The notes below the pieces were generated by a model that saw only the letters and a program-made list of their open reading frames with translations, was not told the origin of the DNA and did not search any database. 64,000 bases of DNA from Ramazzottius varieornatus (taxonomy: Eukaryota > Animalia > Tardigrada). The stretch lies in NCBI GenBank assembly GCA_001949185.1, contig BDGG01000014.1:527378-591377 (forward strand), in the 5' to 3' direction. Shown piece after piece: positions 13,151 through 26,062 of this stretch; the first letter of the stretch is position 1; every line of letters begins with the position of its first letter. The translations under genes were made by a program, and so were the position numbers.

Positions 13151-15050
13151 TGACATCGTTCTGGCGGAAAGAACACAAGTTACAACCTTTTCACTTTTGT
13201 ACGGTGTACAAAATGCATCCATTCCGATGGTTACGTAACGGTGGTTATCACTGACGGATGCTACGAGACCACGTGACCACCGGAACGGCCAGGTGCATTT
13301 TGTACACTGTAGAGTCAAAATTGATTCCGACAGCAAGATTGAGACCTCATTACGTACAAGGATCCGAAAAACGGAAAGTGACCAATCCGACTGACATTGG
13401 CCTGAGCCGATAGGGGTTCTTGCTTTCTGGTTTTGTCTCTTGCAAACTGACAATTACGAGGTAAACGACATAATTCGGTCATAGGGGTTTTTCGCTCGTA
13501 ATTCGGGCATATTTTTTCTCAGCTTCTGCTGAGCGTAATGAACTGGTTCTTGTTTTTTGAGGTAGACTGATCCCTCTCCTCGAGGTTTCAATAGATTTGA
13601 GAACGGGAAAGCGTCGTAAATTAGGGGAATTTGGCCTGGGATAGAGGTGGGTCTGTCCAATGTTAAAAAGCCTAATGTTGTATCAACGCACGTACGATGA
13701 GGGATGAATCAAGCGTTGAAGGTAATGTTCAACATTTCGCGTGGCACGAATTATGGTGCGAAAATCGATATGCCCGAATTATGACGTTTACCTCGTACTG
13801 TCTCATTTGAGTTCGGAAAGCAAAAACTCTCATCCTTCAAGCCGCAATGTCCGAGAACCCCAGCTCTCTCGTGCCGATTGGTGTGCAGGACTGGAGGCTG
13901 GGATACATCGCTTTTCTTCCCAGTACCATGTGTTCACTGTTCCAGGTTCCTCCTCTTTGAGAAAGATCTATTTTACAATTCTCACTAGCTTCGGTTTGGC
14001 TTCATAGCTCTTTCCCAAGTGTTTGTATCCCACCTATCTGTTCGGTTTGATTTTTAGTCTCCTAAGGTTTGATTGCGGTCTTTCCGTTACCTAACAGCAA
14101 AGGAGCGAGTTATTTGCACAGGATATGTTTTACCATACCGAAGAAAGTCTTCTAATAAAGATGGTGGTAGAGTTCCTACCGTTTTTGGGCAGACTGGATT
14201 GAGAAAACGCACGGTACTGACGCAGTCTTACCGCAGTGACTTGGGAGTCTGTGGAAAGTCTGACTTCGATCTCGCATCAGTCTGTTCCTCGTATTCTGCA
14301 GGTTTTCCCATGGTATGGTAACCGTCTGTAAACTCAACACGAAATCCGAATAGCTATGCCATGTGTTTCGGATGATTATACTATTCCAAAGACAACCAGC
14401 AGACTCACACTAAACGGGTGTTTCTATATGGGATCGTGGTATCCACCTTGCGTGAGTCAATTCCCTCATACCCCGATTATCCGTTCTCACCTGTAGGCTT
14501 ACCGTGACTGTTCCAACATCCCTGCCCCCATGACACCTCCCGGGATCCGTAATCCCATTTTCGATTTCCGCCACCACCGCGACCATTGCCACCTTTACTG
14601 TTATTTTGCCACCAAGTCTCTCAACTGTTTTGTCTTTCCCGATGTTGGACCGATGAAAGCTTCTTCTGTGCTCGTACGAGTTTTTAGGACTTGACCTTAC
14701 CATTGCAGCAGCAGATACTGCTCGTGGCGCTGGCCGTCCACTCCTGCTGGGAACCAGTTGCCATATGCAATATCAGACCCTATAACCCGGCAACAGCTAG
14801 TTCAGCCCGACTGCGCAGTACGTCTGCCCCCGACTGCTATTAAGGAGTGATTTTGTTACGGTGTCAATTTCTGATAACGTATTTGTAGTGATCCGTCTAT
14901 TCATACTGCGATGGAATTACCATATTGTAGTATTTCCCTCAAAGAAGGCAACTCACTGCAGCTTCACAAAGCATCAAGATGAATATACCAACTGTAATGT
15001 AGCAAACGGTGTTTTGCCTCATACGCCACCTAATCCATACAGTGGCTGCC

Positions 15051-17539
15051 ATGTTTGGTGACAGCCGGATTCGTTGGATTGTACTTGTGGCCTTGTACCG
15101 GTTAGGCCCTTGTCGTGGGTACTCGCCAAAGTTGACTTGGAAATACCCCGAAAGTTGGTACTGTCTTCGATTAAAGAATTCCAAGTCCGGCCAAGCGCCT
15201 ACTTAAGACATGTGCTTTTCCGCTTTTAGGAAACCTCACTGACTCCTGCGATAAAGTGATCGACGTCGACTGTGTAAATAAAGTCCCGACAAGTGACTCT
15301 TGGGATGGGCAATATAATCCCGCCATGGAAAGTCTGGTCTTTTATTCTTATCCGGCGCAAGGCTGCAAAGTGGAATTTCGAGTTATTTGTTCCAACACTT
15401 CCGTCGTAGCCGGACTGGCTTTTTATATCAACGTTAGGTGGCTATCCAACTTGGCAGCTGCGTCTGACCCTGCCAAATGATTAACGTCCTTCATTGATTA
15501 GGCTTGCGAGGTTACAGGGTCAAGATGTTCTGCACCTGTACCAACATAGTATTTCCAGTGGAATGTTTGACCGCGTACAAACGTACACCAAGGACAGCGA
15601 ATGTCGGCAGGCACCGACTTCCTGCGGCCACTTTATGGGTAGGTTCAGCCGGGGTACGGCTGGACATCCATCACCCGGCAGGTACTACATCGAGTTCGAG
15701 AGCAAAAATTCCAACGCTTCGACCATTGTCAATGACGACGCATCGCCAGTCTGGATAGACGTCACCATGGTCAAGCAGCTGGCAAGTAAGTTTAGCTCGG
15801 CCCCATTCGTCGATTGATCACATATTTCAATAACATTGATTTCAGGTAGCGTAGCTACAGCTGACGATGAGCCAGTGGAAGGGTCATTTCACTGTCCCGC
15901 CCTTCAAGGCTACGTTCACGCCAACGCGCTGTGTGAAGCGGGGGATCGAGTCAACTGTCCGTCCAGCTATGCCAACTCCACATCCCTTTTTAATCTCAAC
16001 AAACCTACGGCAACGCTGCAGTTGTACGATTGGCCCTTGTACCAGGAAGTGTGTTGGCACGATGGACGACCGATATTTACGACGTTGGCACCGGCACCGA
16101 CCGCACTGGCACCGTTGGTAAATGAGGATTCTTACTTCAGTTACCACACAGGTAACTGTGTGCGCCACTCCATCAGCTATAGTATGCCCGATAACTGACG
16201 TCGAGTGTGATGCAGAGTCTGCTTTCAGACTTTCTGGATCAGTATTGCCAAAAGACATTGTTCCTACCTTGTGAACGAAACTCTCCTCGTCGAGCTGGAA
16301 CACTGCGCTTTCTGTATAACAAGCTACCCTGGCACAGCGCGACCAATCGAAGAAGCTGTACGATCAAGATTGAGGTCGACCAGAAGTCAAAAGACTGCGA
16401 TACCGGAAATCACTACGGGCTGTACTTCCATTTCAAGTGAGCTCCAAGGCCTCGTTCTATTAATTCTGCAGTCTAGCGTTTCCAATGAACAGATTTTAAA
16501 ACTAGGAATATCCATTTGGCCAATGATTCCTTGAATGGGGGTGACGCTCTTTACATCGAGAAGTACGACCCAAAGTCTAGTAATTCGCTTGCGACGGAGC
16601 ATTTTTCCATTGACCGACCAACACCTTGTCACATCGGGCCACCTTTCACCTCCTGTGGTCAAGTGGTGACTTATGAGTACCGGACAGATCCTTACATCAA
16701 ACTTGTCTATACAGTGGGTATGGAAAAGACGGAAGACGGCCCGAGGGAAGGCGACCGGCTTCTCATCGACTACGTTGTTCTAACCAGTAAGCCCTACACT
16801 TACCTTATATTTGAGGCGACTTCCGGCTTTTTTCAAGCAGAATTCTGATGCGCCAGTTGGGAAAGCAGACATACTGGGCAGGATCGCAGTTCCAACTGGC
16901 GCACACTTTCAGCCAGTGAAGCGAAGGATGTGCGCCACTCGAAATGACGATCGTTGCCAGTTTCTTTACCGGTCTTTTAAACAGCGCTGCCGTTCCTCTA
17001 TGATTCTGCGATCTGTCTTTATTAGAGCACGGTGATTCGGCCGGGAAAGAGAGCGAATGCGCTGCCCTGGGTGGCTTCATGCCCAGCCACTTTATGTGTG
17101 AAATCCGCGACCGCATCAACTGCCCAGCCTCCTTCAACGGTTCGCAAACGTCACCGGTGGAAAAAGCCGATCAAGGCTACGCTTGGTCCAAGTTCGATGA
17201 CGTCTGTCCTCAGTACGGTATAACCAAGGCCCCAACAACACTTACGGCAGCGACCACTACCACAACGGACGAGCCTGTAACGGATGAATTGGTGAAAATA
17301 AAAAGGAGGGAACCCATGGTGGTGTTCTCTGTCAAGAACAACGGAACGGAGATAATGGTTACCGGTAGGTATGCACATCCTCCCTGATACTTGTTTGTTA
17401 CTTCTTGGGTTGAACGTCTTTCCGTCTTCTAGACCAGAATTTCAAGCACATGATCATCGGTATGGGCGTTTGTGGAGGGATTGCCCTGGTGGCGGTCATT
17501 GGCTTTGTCATTTGGATGCTGAAAAGAGCCAGGTTCTGA
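15051..17539 (+). CDS. Type-I membrane protein with two CUB-like + Cys-rich (LDLa-like) modules; multi-exon
   Basis: N-terminal hydrophobic leader; duplicated motif CPALQGYVHANALCEAGDRVNCPSSY / CAALGGFMPSHFMCEIRDRINCPASF; Thr-rich stalk; TM IIGMGVCGGIALVAVIGFVIWML then KRARF* (TGA 17537-17539). Confidence 0.7.
16810..16972. repeat. Intronic hairpin array, family A (2 units, first degenerate)
   Basis: caactggcgcacac-tttcagccagtgaagcgaagg-atgtgcgccactcg within intron 16787-17025. Confidence 0.75.
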
Positions 17540-18068
17540 AATCTGTCATTTGTCTGCTCTTAATATTCGGAGCCACGAAGGTCCTACGGTTTTATCTTTT
17601 ACATTTTACGATCGATTGTTGTTTGATAAAGTTCACGCTGGTAGGGTGTAGAGGTGCAGTATATTTCATCGAGAGCCCCGACAGAACAGGCTTCACCGAG
17701 CTGTCCAATCTCATGTACTGTATATAGATGGTTGGCTAACACTTTTTTTTCGCTTCAACATCAAGCAGAATTGATCCATTGGATTTACACACACTTAGCT
17801 GGGTATCATTCATTTCCCAAGCGGCGCACGTTTTCATTGTTATTGGCTGACCATGTCTAATTTTGTCCAATTTTTATGCCAGGTCTATGAATTTTACTAT
17901 GCACGCAGTATCAATGATTCGGAACTTCCAAAAGTCTCAGAAAATACTCAATAAAAAAATCAAACAACAAGAAGCGACGCCTTACACGAGGCGAAACGAA
18001 CCATCGTTCGGGGACCCAGCATTGCTTTTGACTGCGCCAGCTCTAAGCGTGACCACGGTGGAAAAAGC

Positions 18069-20105
18069 TTATAGTGGACGCAGAAGAGTTTGCTGCTGCT
18101 GCTTCTTGCCTGGAATGGGTTCTGCTGTTTGAGTGTCGTCCGTTTTGCGTTTGCGGGACTTGTTTTTGCCCTTGCTTGTCTTGGATTTGACGTCGGGTGT
18201 GTGAATTTTCTGTTTCTTTTCCCATGCTTCAAACTCTTCACCTTCCGAAGACAAAATCTTCTTTTTCAAACCAAAAGGCTTTCTGTATAAAACACAAATT
18301 GCTTCATAGTACTAAATTAACTCCCCTGAAAATGTTCGATGATTTGCGTATCTTGTGTGCACGTAGAAACAGAGTAAACTTCCACTCACCCGTAAATACT
18401 GTAAAAGTGCTTGATACATTCTTCCGCTTCGATCTTGTCTTCCCATGAGCTATCTTCGAGTATCCAACCTAAATAATACCACAGAAATGGGCTCAGCATA
18501 CATCCGATATGTTTCAATGAATTCGACGATGAAATATCGGCAAACGAAATGAGCATCGATCGCTATCTCAAGTGACGCAGTATTGCATTGTAACTGGCCG
18601 AAAGTGTGCATCACTTGAAAGAACGATCTTGTCGAGTTTAACTGGTTTTTTTGCCTAAGTGGCGTACATTTTCGGGATTATCGACTGCGAGAATGCGCCA
18701 CTTAGGAGAAGTGTTCTTGTCGAGCTTGTTTGCCATCCCAAGTGACGCACGTCGTCAGTCGTGTTGGCAGGAAGCATGCGCCACTTGGAAGACGATCCGG
18801 TTGAATGCATCTGCCCACGTCCTCAATGTTATTACCTTCCCATTTGATGAGGTACCACATCTTGCCTTGGCTCCACTGGACGCCCAAGATGCGTTCTACT
18901 TCATACAGGTCCTTGCCTGTTTCTGCGTCTCTTCCCGTTGAGCCGGGGTTCTTGACTGGTCGGACGGTGCTGACGGAAATGTTGGTCAGCTGTTTGGCGT
19001 TCTTGGTCTTGTCGGCCCATTCTCTGGTGTCCTCGCACTGGATCAACTGGTCATTGATAAGCCTCTGTCTGCTGTCCAGTTCAGCGTGAAGTTCTTTCCG
19101 CACTTCTATCTCGTCCTGACGGTTCCTGCAGAGACAAAGACGACATGAATTAGAGGCTACTTGATGACTCCATTTACCTTAGGTAATACGTACCATACAT
19201 CACTCATCCGAAGCGAACGTCCTGCTTGCTGCAGTCGATCCGCGTATTGCTGACGAAGCTCCTCCGAAACTTGACACTGCTTTCGCAATTCTGGACCACT
19301 TCGAATGGACGCAAGCTGACAGAGAAACCACAGTTCGCCCTGAAACAAAAACAGAGACAACAAATGTAATTTGGTATGTTGCATAACGAACCAACACGGG
19401 AATCATGACGTTATCCACGCCAGGTCGATCCAGTATTCAGAAGGTTGGAACGAGAGACTCGACAAGATCATCTCTTGCAAGTAGCGCACGCTTGTAGCCA
19501 GTAACAGGGTAAGCGTGCGCCACTTGGGAAAAACGATCAAATTGGACAAGTCTGCCATTCCAATTGGCGCACGCTTTCAGCCAGCATCAGTGAGCAGGTG
19601 CGCCACCTGGGGAAGACACCACACCGTGCTTGTTTGCCCACCTTCCAGTTATTGTTCTTCACTTTCTTACTTTGTGTCTTTGATGGCTCAAAATAGCTTT
19701 GACAGGCTTCGAAGGTCGGACACGCCATCCCTCGGCATCTGTTGACGGTGCTTTGCAACGACAGGAAGGAGCAGTACATCGAATATCATCCTAGAAGAGA
19801 CAACAGAAGAAGACACTAGTCTCATTTTGGGCAGTGGTCAAGAACAGCTGTTCCTTCCACAGCGCAGCTATGTTTAGCCATGTTGATGCTGTACGGTACC
19901 GACTTACCGTCCTGATCATGCCCAGGCATTCTTCGAAATCCACATCGTGATGGAACTTTTCCACTTCGGGATGACGGTCCAAGTAAGTTACTCGTCGATC
20001 CTCCGTGCGCCGTGCAGCGATTCTTCCAAGGAGATGCAGACGCTCATGAAGCTTCGATCCTTCCTGTGGCAACCCTCCGTCATCCAGATTTTCCTTCAGC
20101 TCCAT
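18069..20105 (-). CDS. Chromodomain-containing protein (exons 20105-19908, 19790-19671, 19339-19194, 19125-18836, 18468-18390, ~18283-18069; upstream exon possible)
   Basis: Spliced product reads DLYEVERILGVQWSQGKMWYLIKWEG|WILEDSSWEDKIEAEECIKHFY, a canonical chromo fold pattern; second degenerate chromo-like PVKAILSHQRHK|GELWFLCQL; basic C-terminal tail. Confidence 0.75.
18538..18815. repeat. Intronic hairpin array, family A (3 units)
   Basis: caagtgacgca..gtgcatcacttg; taagtggcgtac..atgcgccactta; caagtgacgcac..atgcgccacttg in intron 18469-18835. Confidence 0.85.
19447..19639. repeat. Intronic hairpin array, family A (2 units)
   Basis: caagtagcgcacg..cgtgcgccacttg; caattggcgcacg..gtgcgccacctg; ends ttgtttgcc; intron 19340-19670. 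Confidence 0.85.
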
Positions 20106-22428
20106 GGTGAAAAAACTAGCAGTTTTCGAAGATAACCAGCAGCAGCTCAAAAGTCACAACAAAAGAGAGGGAAATCATGTCACCACCTCACTGTCAGTGT
20201 GGGTTGACCATAGTGGAAAATGTTCCATCAATCAACAGCCAAATGAACTCAGCTTTCATCGAACACAGCAACAAGGCTATGTCGCCGATAGGGTTGGTTA
20301 AGTTTTTGATTATTGATTAGCGCTGGTGGCGAATTGCATCAGATTACCGGCAGGTTACGAGATCTTCCGGCTCTCCGGCATCCCTTGCTAACCGTCTGTT
20401 TCTTGCAGGCTTCTCGAAGAAGCCTCGACTTGTCCCAACATCACCTCTATCGCTCTTGTTGTCTGTCCGGCCTCTTCTGTCGCCGTTTGTTCTGCTGCCG
20501 ACTCTTCCCTAGAGTCTTCTATTTGTTCTGTTCCGCTCTGTGAGTGTTTCCGTTGCAGGTTAGTGGACATCTAAGCCGAGTCATAAAACCCGCTAACCTG
20601 TTCGTACGCATGTTCGCGTCGTGGAATGGCGTATGTATCGTGGTGCATGGTACCTAGGCGATTTTGGCACGAGAGCGACAAGCACGTACGTACTTTGTGC
20701 TTTTGTGTGTGCATGTGCAGTGTAAGCATGTGCTTGTCGCACTAATGCTATAAAGCCTTTCCACAAAACGCACCACAAAACATTTCGCTGGGCAGGAGCT
20801 TTATTGTTTCGGCAGTGTTTTGATTGGTGGAAATAAATATCTTTTGACCAATAAGATTATTTTCCAGGTCTGATGGAGTCCGCGGAAAGTACGTGATGTC
20901 TCATTTGTTTTTACAACGTTATTAATAATTTTTTCCCAGATCATTTCGGGGGTTGGTAATCCGAGGAACACGGTGCCTCGAGTTGACAATACGCGTTACA
21001 ATTTTGTATCGAGTTTGGGCGGTTCCCTAACCTTCCAAGTGAGAGCTGGATTCTTTTCGAAACATCAATAAATTCAATTTTTGTAGTAACACACGCGTGA
21101 CCAAACCCGAAACTGATTCCGGTTTTGTTTCATAGACTCATAGAGCCATCGTCGGTAGGAAGACATACGAAATTCCCGAGCTTAATGGAACCCACACGCA
21201 AAACCGTAGAGAGGATGGAACTACCCAGGACGTTTACACAGTTCTTCTTGAGACTGACGCCGATGAAGCGAGCCTACCTCTCTATCAGGAACAGACCAGC
21301 AAGGTGAACGGCGAAGACCGCAAAGTGCAAAGAGTGGAGCGAGGAAGTTCAACCGATCATATACTCTGGATGACCGACAGCAGGGGTCTTGCGGGATTAG
21401 ACCGTGGTGGGCTGCTTTATGAAACGCCGTCTTTTATTTCATTCATTCGGAATCTCGAGAACATCCTCCGGTCAAAGTTCGATGACGCTATTGCAGGACA
21501 CCCTCATGAGTTACACCGCGGTCGCTTCGGAAAATATCATATAGATTTGAAAAGAAGAAAATTTCGGCTCTGTAGACTGTTCTTGCGGTATTTCAAACAT
21601 GATCTTCGGTCTTGCCCAGTTTTTCATCAAATGTCGGTTGCATTTCGACTCGAAGTATCGCACTCAGGTTGAAAAGCTCCCGAAACCCACAGCAACTCAC
21701 GTTGTTAGGAAACCTAAGGATAGATTTAACCTGTGATCCCGTCCCATGAATTGTGTTTGTTTCCTACATTTTCTCACCCGTGTTACGATTTATTTTTTAG
21801 TAACGTTTGACGTCCTCCAATCCGAACGGCGTGTAGGGCTCCCTCTTCCCCTACTCCAATCAGCGTTCAGACCGTTGTTCGACGTTTTCACTATTGTTGC
21901 TCCATGCACATTTTCCGCTATGGTCAACCCACACTGTCACTGTTGAAATGGGCCTTATCAGCAGTTGCAATTGGCAATTGCTGCTCACTTAAAGGGGGAA
22001 TACCCAACGGGACTGTGAGTCGCGAACTCATCAGAGGAAGCTCGATCTCCAGACAGCACGATCCTTTTTTCAGGATGATTCGTCGATTTTTTTCTGGTTT
22101 TTCCAATTTTTTTTAGTTTTCGCTTAAGTATGACTTTGTGTCTGATCAATCAAATTCGTACAAATCAACTGGCGAAAACAGCTAGTTGATCAACGAAGAA
22201 ATGGTGACTCTCAAGACCCTGCCGGTCGTACCATTGACCGACTGGTATTACGTAACTCGTGCTGCCTGCGGCGCGATCGGCGGCGACGCGGCTTTGTAAC
22301 TAGGTGGGAAACTAGATGATCGTGCAATGGTAAAATCGCCAGGGTGGGTGGGCAGGTTGGTTGACCACTAGTGGCTGACCATTGATCTTTCTAGGTTCAA
22401 CACTAGGGGTCGGCCATTGGTTTTGCTA

Positions 22429-22954
22429 CTTTAAACTACCGATGAAGTGGGACAGATTTGGGTCCCGGTGGGTGTAAAACTCCCGCTTGGCAAAGTTCAA
22501 ATATAGTGGGATAAACTGTAATTCGCTTTTATTTATCAGTATACAGTCCGTTCTCGGAAAGCCACGACAGCTAAACCCGACTAACCTCGATTTCTATTCG
22601 AGCGTACCATACACATAATATACAAATTCAAATTTACTGGTCGTCCATCTCTTCATCAGACTCGCCAGAATTATCAGAACCATTTCCATCTTCAATCTCG
22701 CTATCATCAGACTGAATACAATGGCTATACCAAGATTTTCCGGGCAAAAAATAAGATGCGCAAGAGACAAAGGAAACCTCGTTATCTCAGCCGGATAAAA
22801 ATCAAGTTCTCTTGCTGACCATCGGCAGAGAAACCATTGTAAATAAGCGATCAGCTGTTTCCGGCTGCTAGTATTAGTCAAAAAAGACCGTGACCGGAGG
22901 CTGTTTTACGCTGAGTAGGACCCAAACCTGTCCCACTTCATTGGTAGTTTAAAG
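22429..22954. mobile_element. TA-flanked MITE (Tc1/mariner-like)
   Basis: ~37-bp TIR ctttaaactaccgatgaagtgggacagatttgggtcc / ggacccaaacctgtcccacttcattggtagtttaaag, TA on both sides. Confidence 0.8.
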
Positions 22955-23732
22955 TATGTTTGGTCACCGATACTAGCCATTGGCATTATAGGTTGACCGC
23001 CCAATCGCAGCTGGTTTATTGGCCCGTACTTTCTGTCCATTGGTCAATGGGCGTGGTGACCGGTCTGAGCTTTTCATTACATCAGATGTCAATGAACCTT
23101 GGTTTCCATCGTTTAATCTTTCCGCCATAGCCTCAGGCTTGCCATAGTTTTCCCAATTTAAGGGCTTCAGAATGCCTGAACAGCTCTCTACGATGACTCA
23201 AGCGGTCCATGATTCATTCTAAAGCTCCGCAGGAAGGCCAGCCTTTTGGGCGGAGCTCTCGCAGTTCTATTTGACATGGTCTCCCAGAAGCGCAAACTGC
23301 CAAAGGCAAATTAATTAGTAATCGCCTAGTCGTCAGTGACGTACTCGTAATGCAGATTGCGATTACAGAGGATCTCGGTTCAAACTATGCCGTCCACTTT
23401 TTTACCTTGAACTACATCACAGTAAATACATTACGTAGTACCGTTTACAATAGGTGCTTACAAAGACTAAGCTGGCTTGTCGGTGTAATTACACCAGCTA
23501 TTTTGGTGGATACGTCCAGAAAACTTTTTTGATCAGCTAGGAAAGCGGTCTAACGGCTTGCTTTGAAAGCCCCGCACGGCAGGTAAGCACGATCGGAGCA
23601 TTATGAGATCTTTGATGTCGGAGGAACCACCATACACTCACCTGTTGGATGAGTAGCGAGAAATTTCGTCATGAACGTGAGTTTTGAAAGTTTGGAGGGG
23701 AGCACAGCGCACTCGAGATGTTGGTTAAGTCT

Positions 23733-23774
23733 GGTGTAATTACGAGTCGTTCCGGAACGACTCGTAACTACACC
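23733..23774. repeat. 42-bp near-perfect palindrome
   Basis: ggtgtaattacgagtcgttcc|ggaacgactcgtaactacacc, 1 mismatch, no loop. Confidence 0.85.
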
Positions 23775-23910
23775 GAAAGTGTAATGTCTGGTGGAATGAA
23801 TAGGCCAGTCGCAAGGGTGTGGGTGGAGCTAATTACACCAGCGTTGTAATTCCACCAGCGGTGCAATCTATCTTTGTAAGCCCTTATTGTAAATATGACG
23901 TTCATATCTG

Positions 23911-24489
23911 TAAGGTTGTAAATTCCAGGCCGAATGCCCTTGAAATGGAAAATAGGATAGGAATTCCTATTTTCCTATTTCCTTTTCCAGCAGGTCCTCG
24001 CGGAAAGCGGAAATTCCCAAGTCCCACTTGTCAGTTTAGTTCTTTTTATATACCCATCTAAAACAGTAAACATGATCTGAAGTCATCAACAAATATTGGT
24101 TTTGAGACTGAAAGCCAGCTGGAGATTGGCCGATCCGAACTTTCGGTCTTGTCAGACCTGAAAGTCCAAGGGAAAATCAAGGACTTACGCACAGTTGAAT
24201 GCGCCGCATTCTTTAGTGCGACGGATCGAAAATGCTATTGGTCGTTCAACTGAACGACCAATTAGCCTCAGTGGTACGCATGTGTGAGCCAGCATCGGGT
24301 TCAGTTTTTCGACAGGATCTGCCGCATCTTCGACTGTCTACCTCGTGGAATTCCTAAATTTTCTCCGATTTTTGCTAGTTTTCCAAATAGGAATTCCACC
24401 GTTCCAAACGGCTACCCCTTGGAACGGAACGGAATTCCAGGAATGGGACGGAATTTGGAAAGGAATGGAATTATGAATTTACAACCTTA
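23911..24489. mobile_element. Non-autonomous hAT element
   Basis: 15-bp TIR taaggttgtaaattc / gaatttacaacctta; perfect 8-bp TSD catatctg (23903-23910, 24490-24497); subterminal GGAAT-rich repeats. Confidence 0.9.
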
Positions 24490-24701
24490 CATATCTGTCA
24501 GCACTCAGCAGCATTTCAGTGGTTATCAGTACCTTAGGCACAGAAGTTCTCCAGCTTCTCCAGTGACCATCTCTATCCCCGACATCTCTAGTATCGGCTT
24601 GTAGTTGTTCGTGAAAACGTAGACGACTAGCAAGGGAGATTTCTCGCGTGAAATTTCCTAACTGTGTACGATACAATCGGGCGCGAGCCTCAGAATAATT
24701 A

Positions 24702-24850
24702 CTGTATTCCCCCGATATCTTCACGAAGTCTGTTACCCATGCACCACCTACAGGACGTACACACAATCCCTCGTGCACGCCGTACGTCTCGTACGTTCCG
24801 TAGGCGGCGCCATGGGTAACAGGCTTCGCGAAGATATCGGGGGAATACAG
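24702..24850. mobile_element. Fold-back MITE flanked by TA (pogo/Tc1-like)
   Basis: ctgtattcccccgatatcttc...gaagatatcgggggaatacag, complementarity extends ~60 bp, TA both sides. Confidence 0.85.
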
Positions 24851-26062
24851 TAAGTTGTGTGACTTAAAGTCTTAAACCATACCGTGTCATATTATATTAA
24901 TACATAGGGGGTTCAATAAGCTTTAACGATCAATAAGCTTTAACATTCACCAGAAATTTTGTGGTCCTTCGATCTCTGCGATTTTTTGAATAAGGTGATA
25001 GCAACTTTTGGGCAATACTGCAAAATTTGAGCCTAGGTTGGGAAGTCATTCGTTGAGAAAGGTATGTAAGGTATCAATAGGGATGTTTTTTGAGTGCTCC
25101 ACGTTCTTTAAGAAATTATATTGTTTCTTCCCCGTTGTATGTTCGAGTTTGACTCCAGCACTAGATAAAAGAGGCATGTCTAGTGCCAAGTTTGAGCAGA
25201 AGGAAGTCAGGCCGCAGCGCTGTAAAGACTCGAGAAAAAATTTCTAATTCCTCCAAAGCAAAAGTGCGCAAGTGAAACGTGGTTAATCCATCTGGTGCGC
25301 TACCTGATCACCAGCCGGAATTTGCAAAATTTTCTGTTTCCTCCTCCTTGTTTCCACTCCTGATGAAATTCAGCTTTTGCTCTTTATTCCCTTCACGCTC
25401 TAGTTGCTTTTTATCGAAGCGCTGCTATCCTTAATCTTCGAGAAACTGCATTTCCATTATCGGCGCGGACAACGCAGGAACAGCATCACGAAATGCGCGA
25501 GTTTACGAAAAAAATCGAAAAACAGTTTTTGGCATTCTTTTTTCAAAAAATTATTCCTGGTTCTGTGCGAGTACCAGGTAGCTCATCTTTTGAGGATAGT
25601 GGCTAGAAGTGATTGGCTATCTATTAAACGCGTGTTCTGGAAAATAACACTTCCAGGTGGCCTATGCCTTAAAACTTATTGAACCCCCTATGTAGCATGT
25701 CATGTGCGTCTGCTGCGATAATTGATTTTCGCTGCGCGACTTCGTCTTCTATAAGTTCGATTCTTCGACCTACAGTACCTTTATCAAATTTGCTCCTTTC
25801 TCTTACCGCGTATCTCGCCGGTGACATCATGCACAGTACATGTCTTACATCAGTCGAAAAAGCTGATCTTGAAACGGTCAAAGGAAACTACGGTTAAAGG
25901 CCGTGTACATGCCAAGTATATCCAAGAAAGATGTGCACAAAGCTGCAAACTTTGTTGCACCAGAAGTTAAGCGTACAAAAATATCCGTACATTCTGATAA
26001 CCAGTAATTCCATGTATTATTCAAGCCCAGTCGACATACTAGAAAAGGAGAAGTCGATTCCA

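Noticed and set aside
25258-25310. Possible intergenic family-A unit (aagtgcgca...gtgcgctacctg)
   Set aside because: The arms are too degenerate and lack the flanking GATCG/CGGCAAAC context. If real, it would weaken the intron-only claim.
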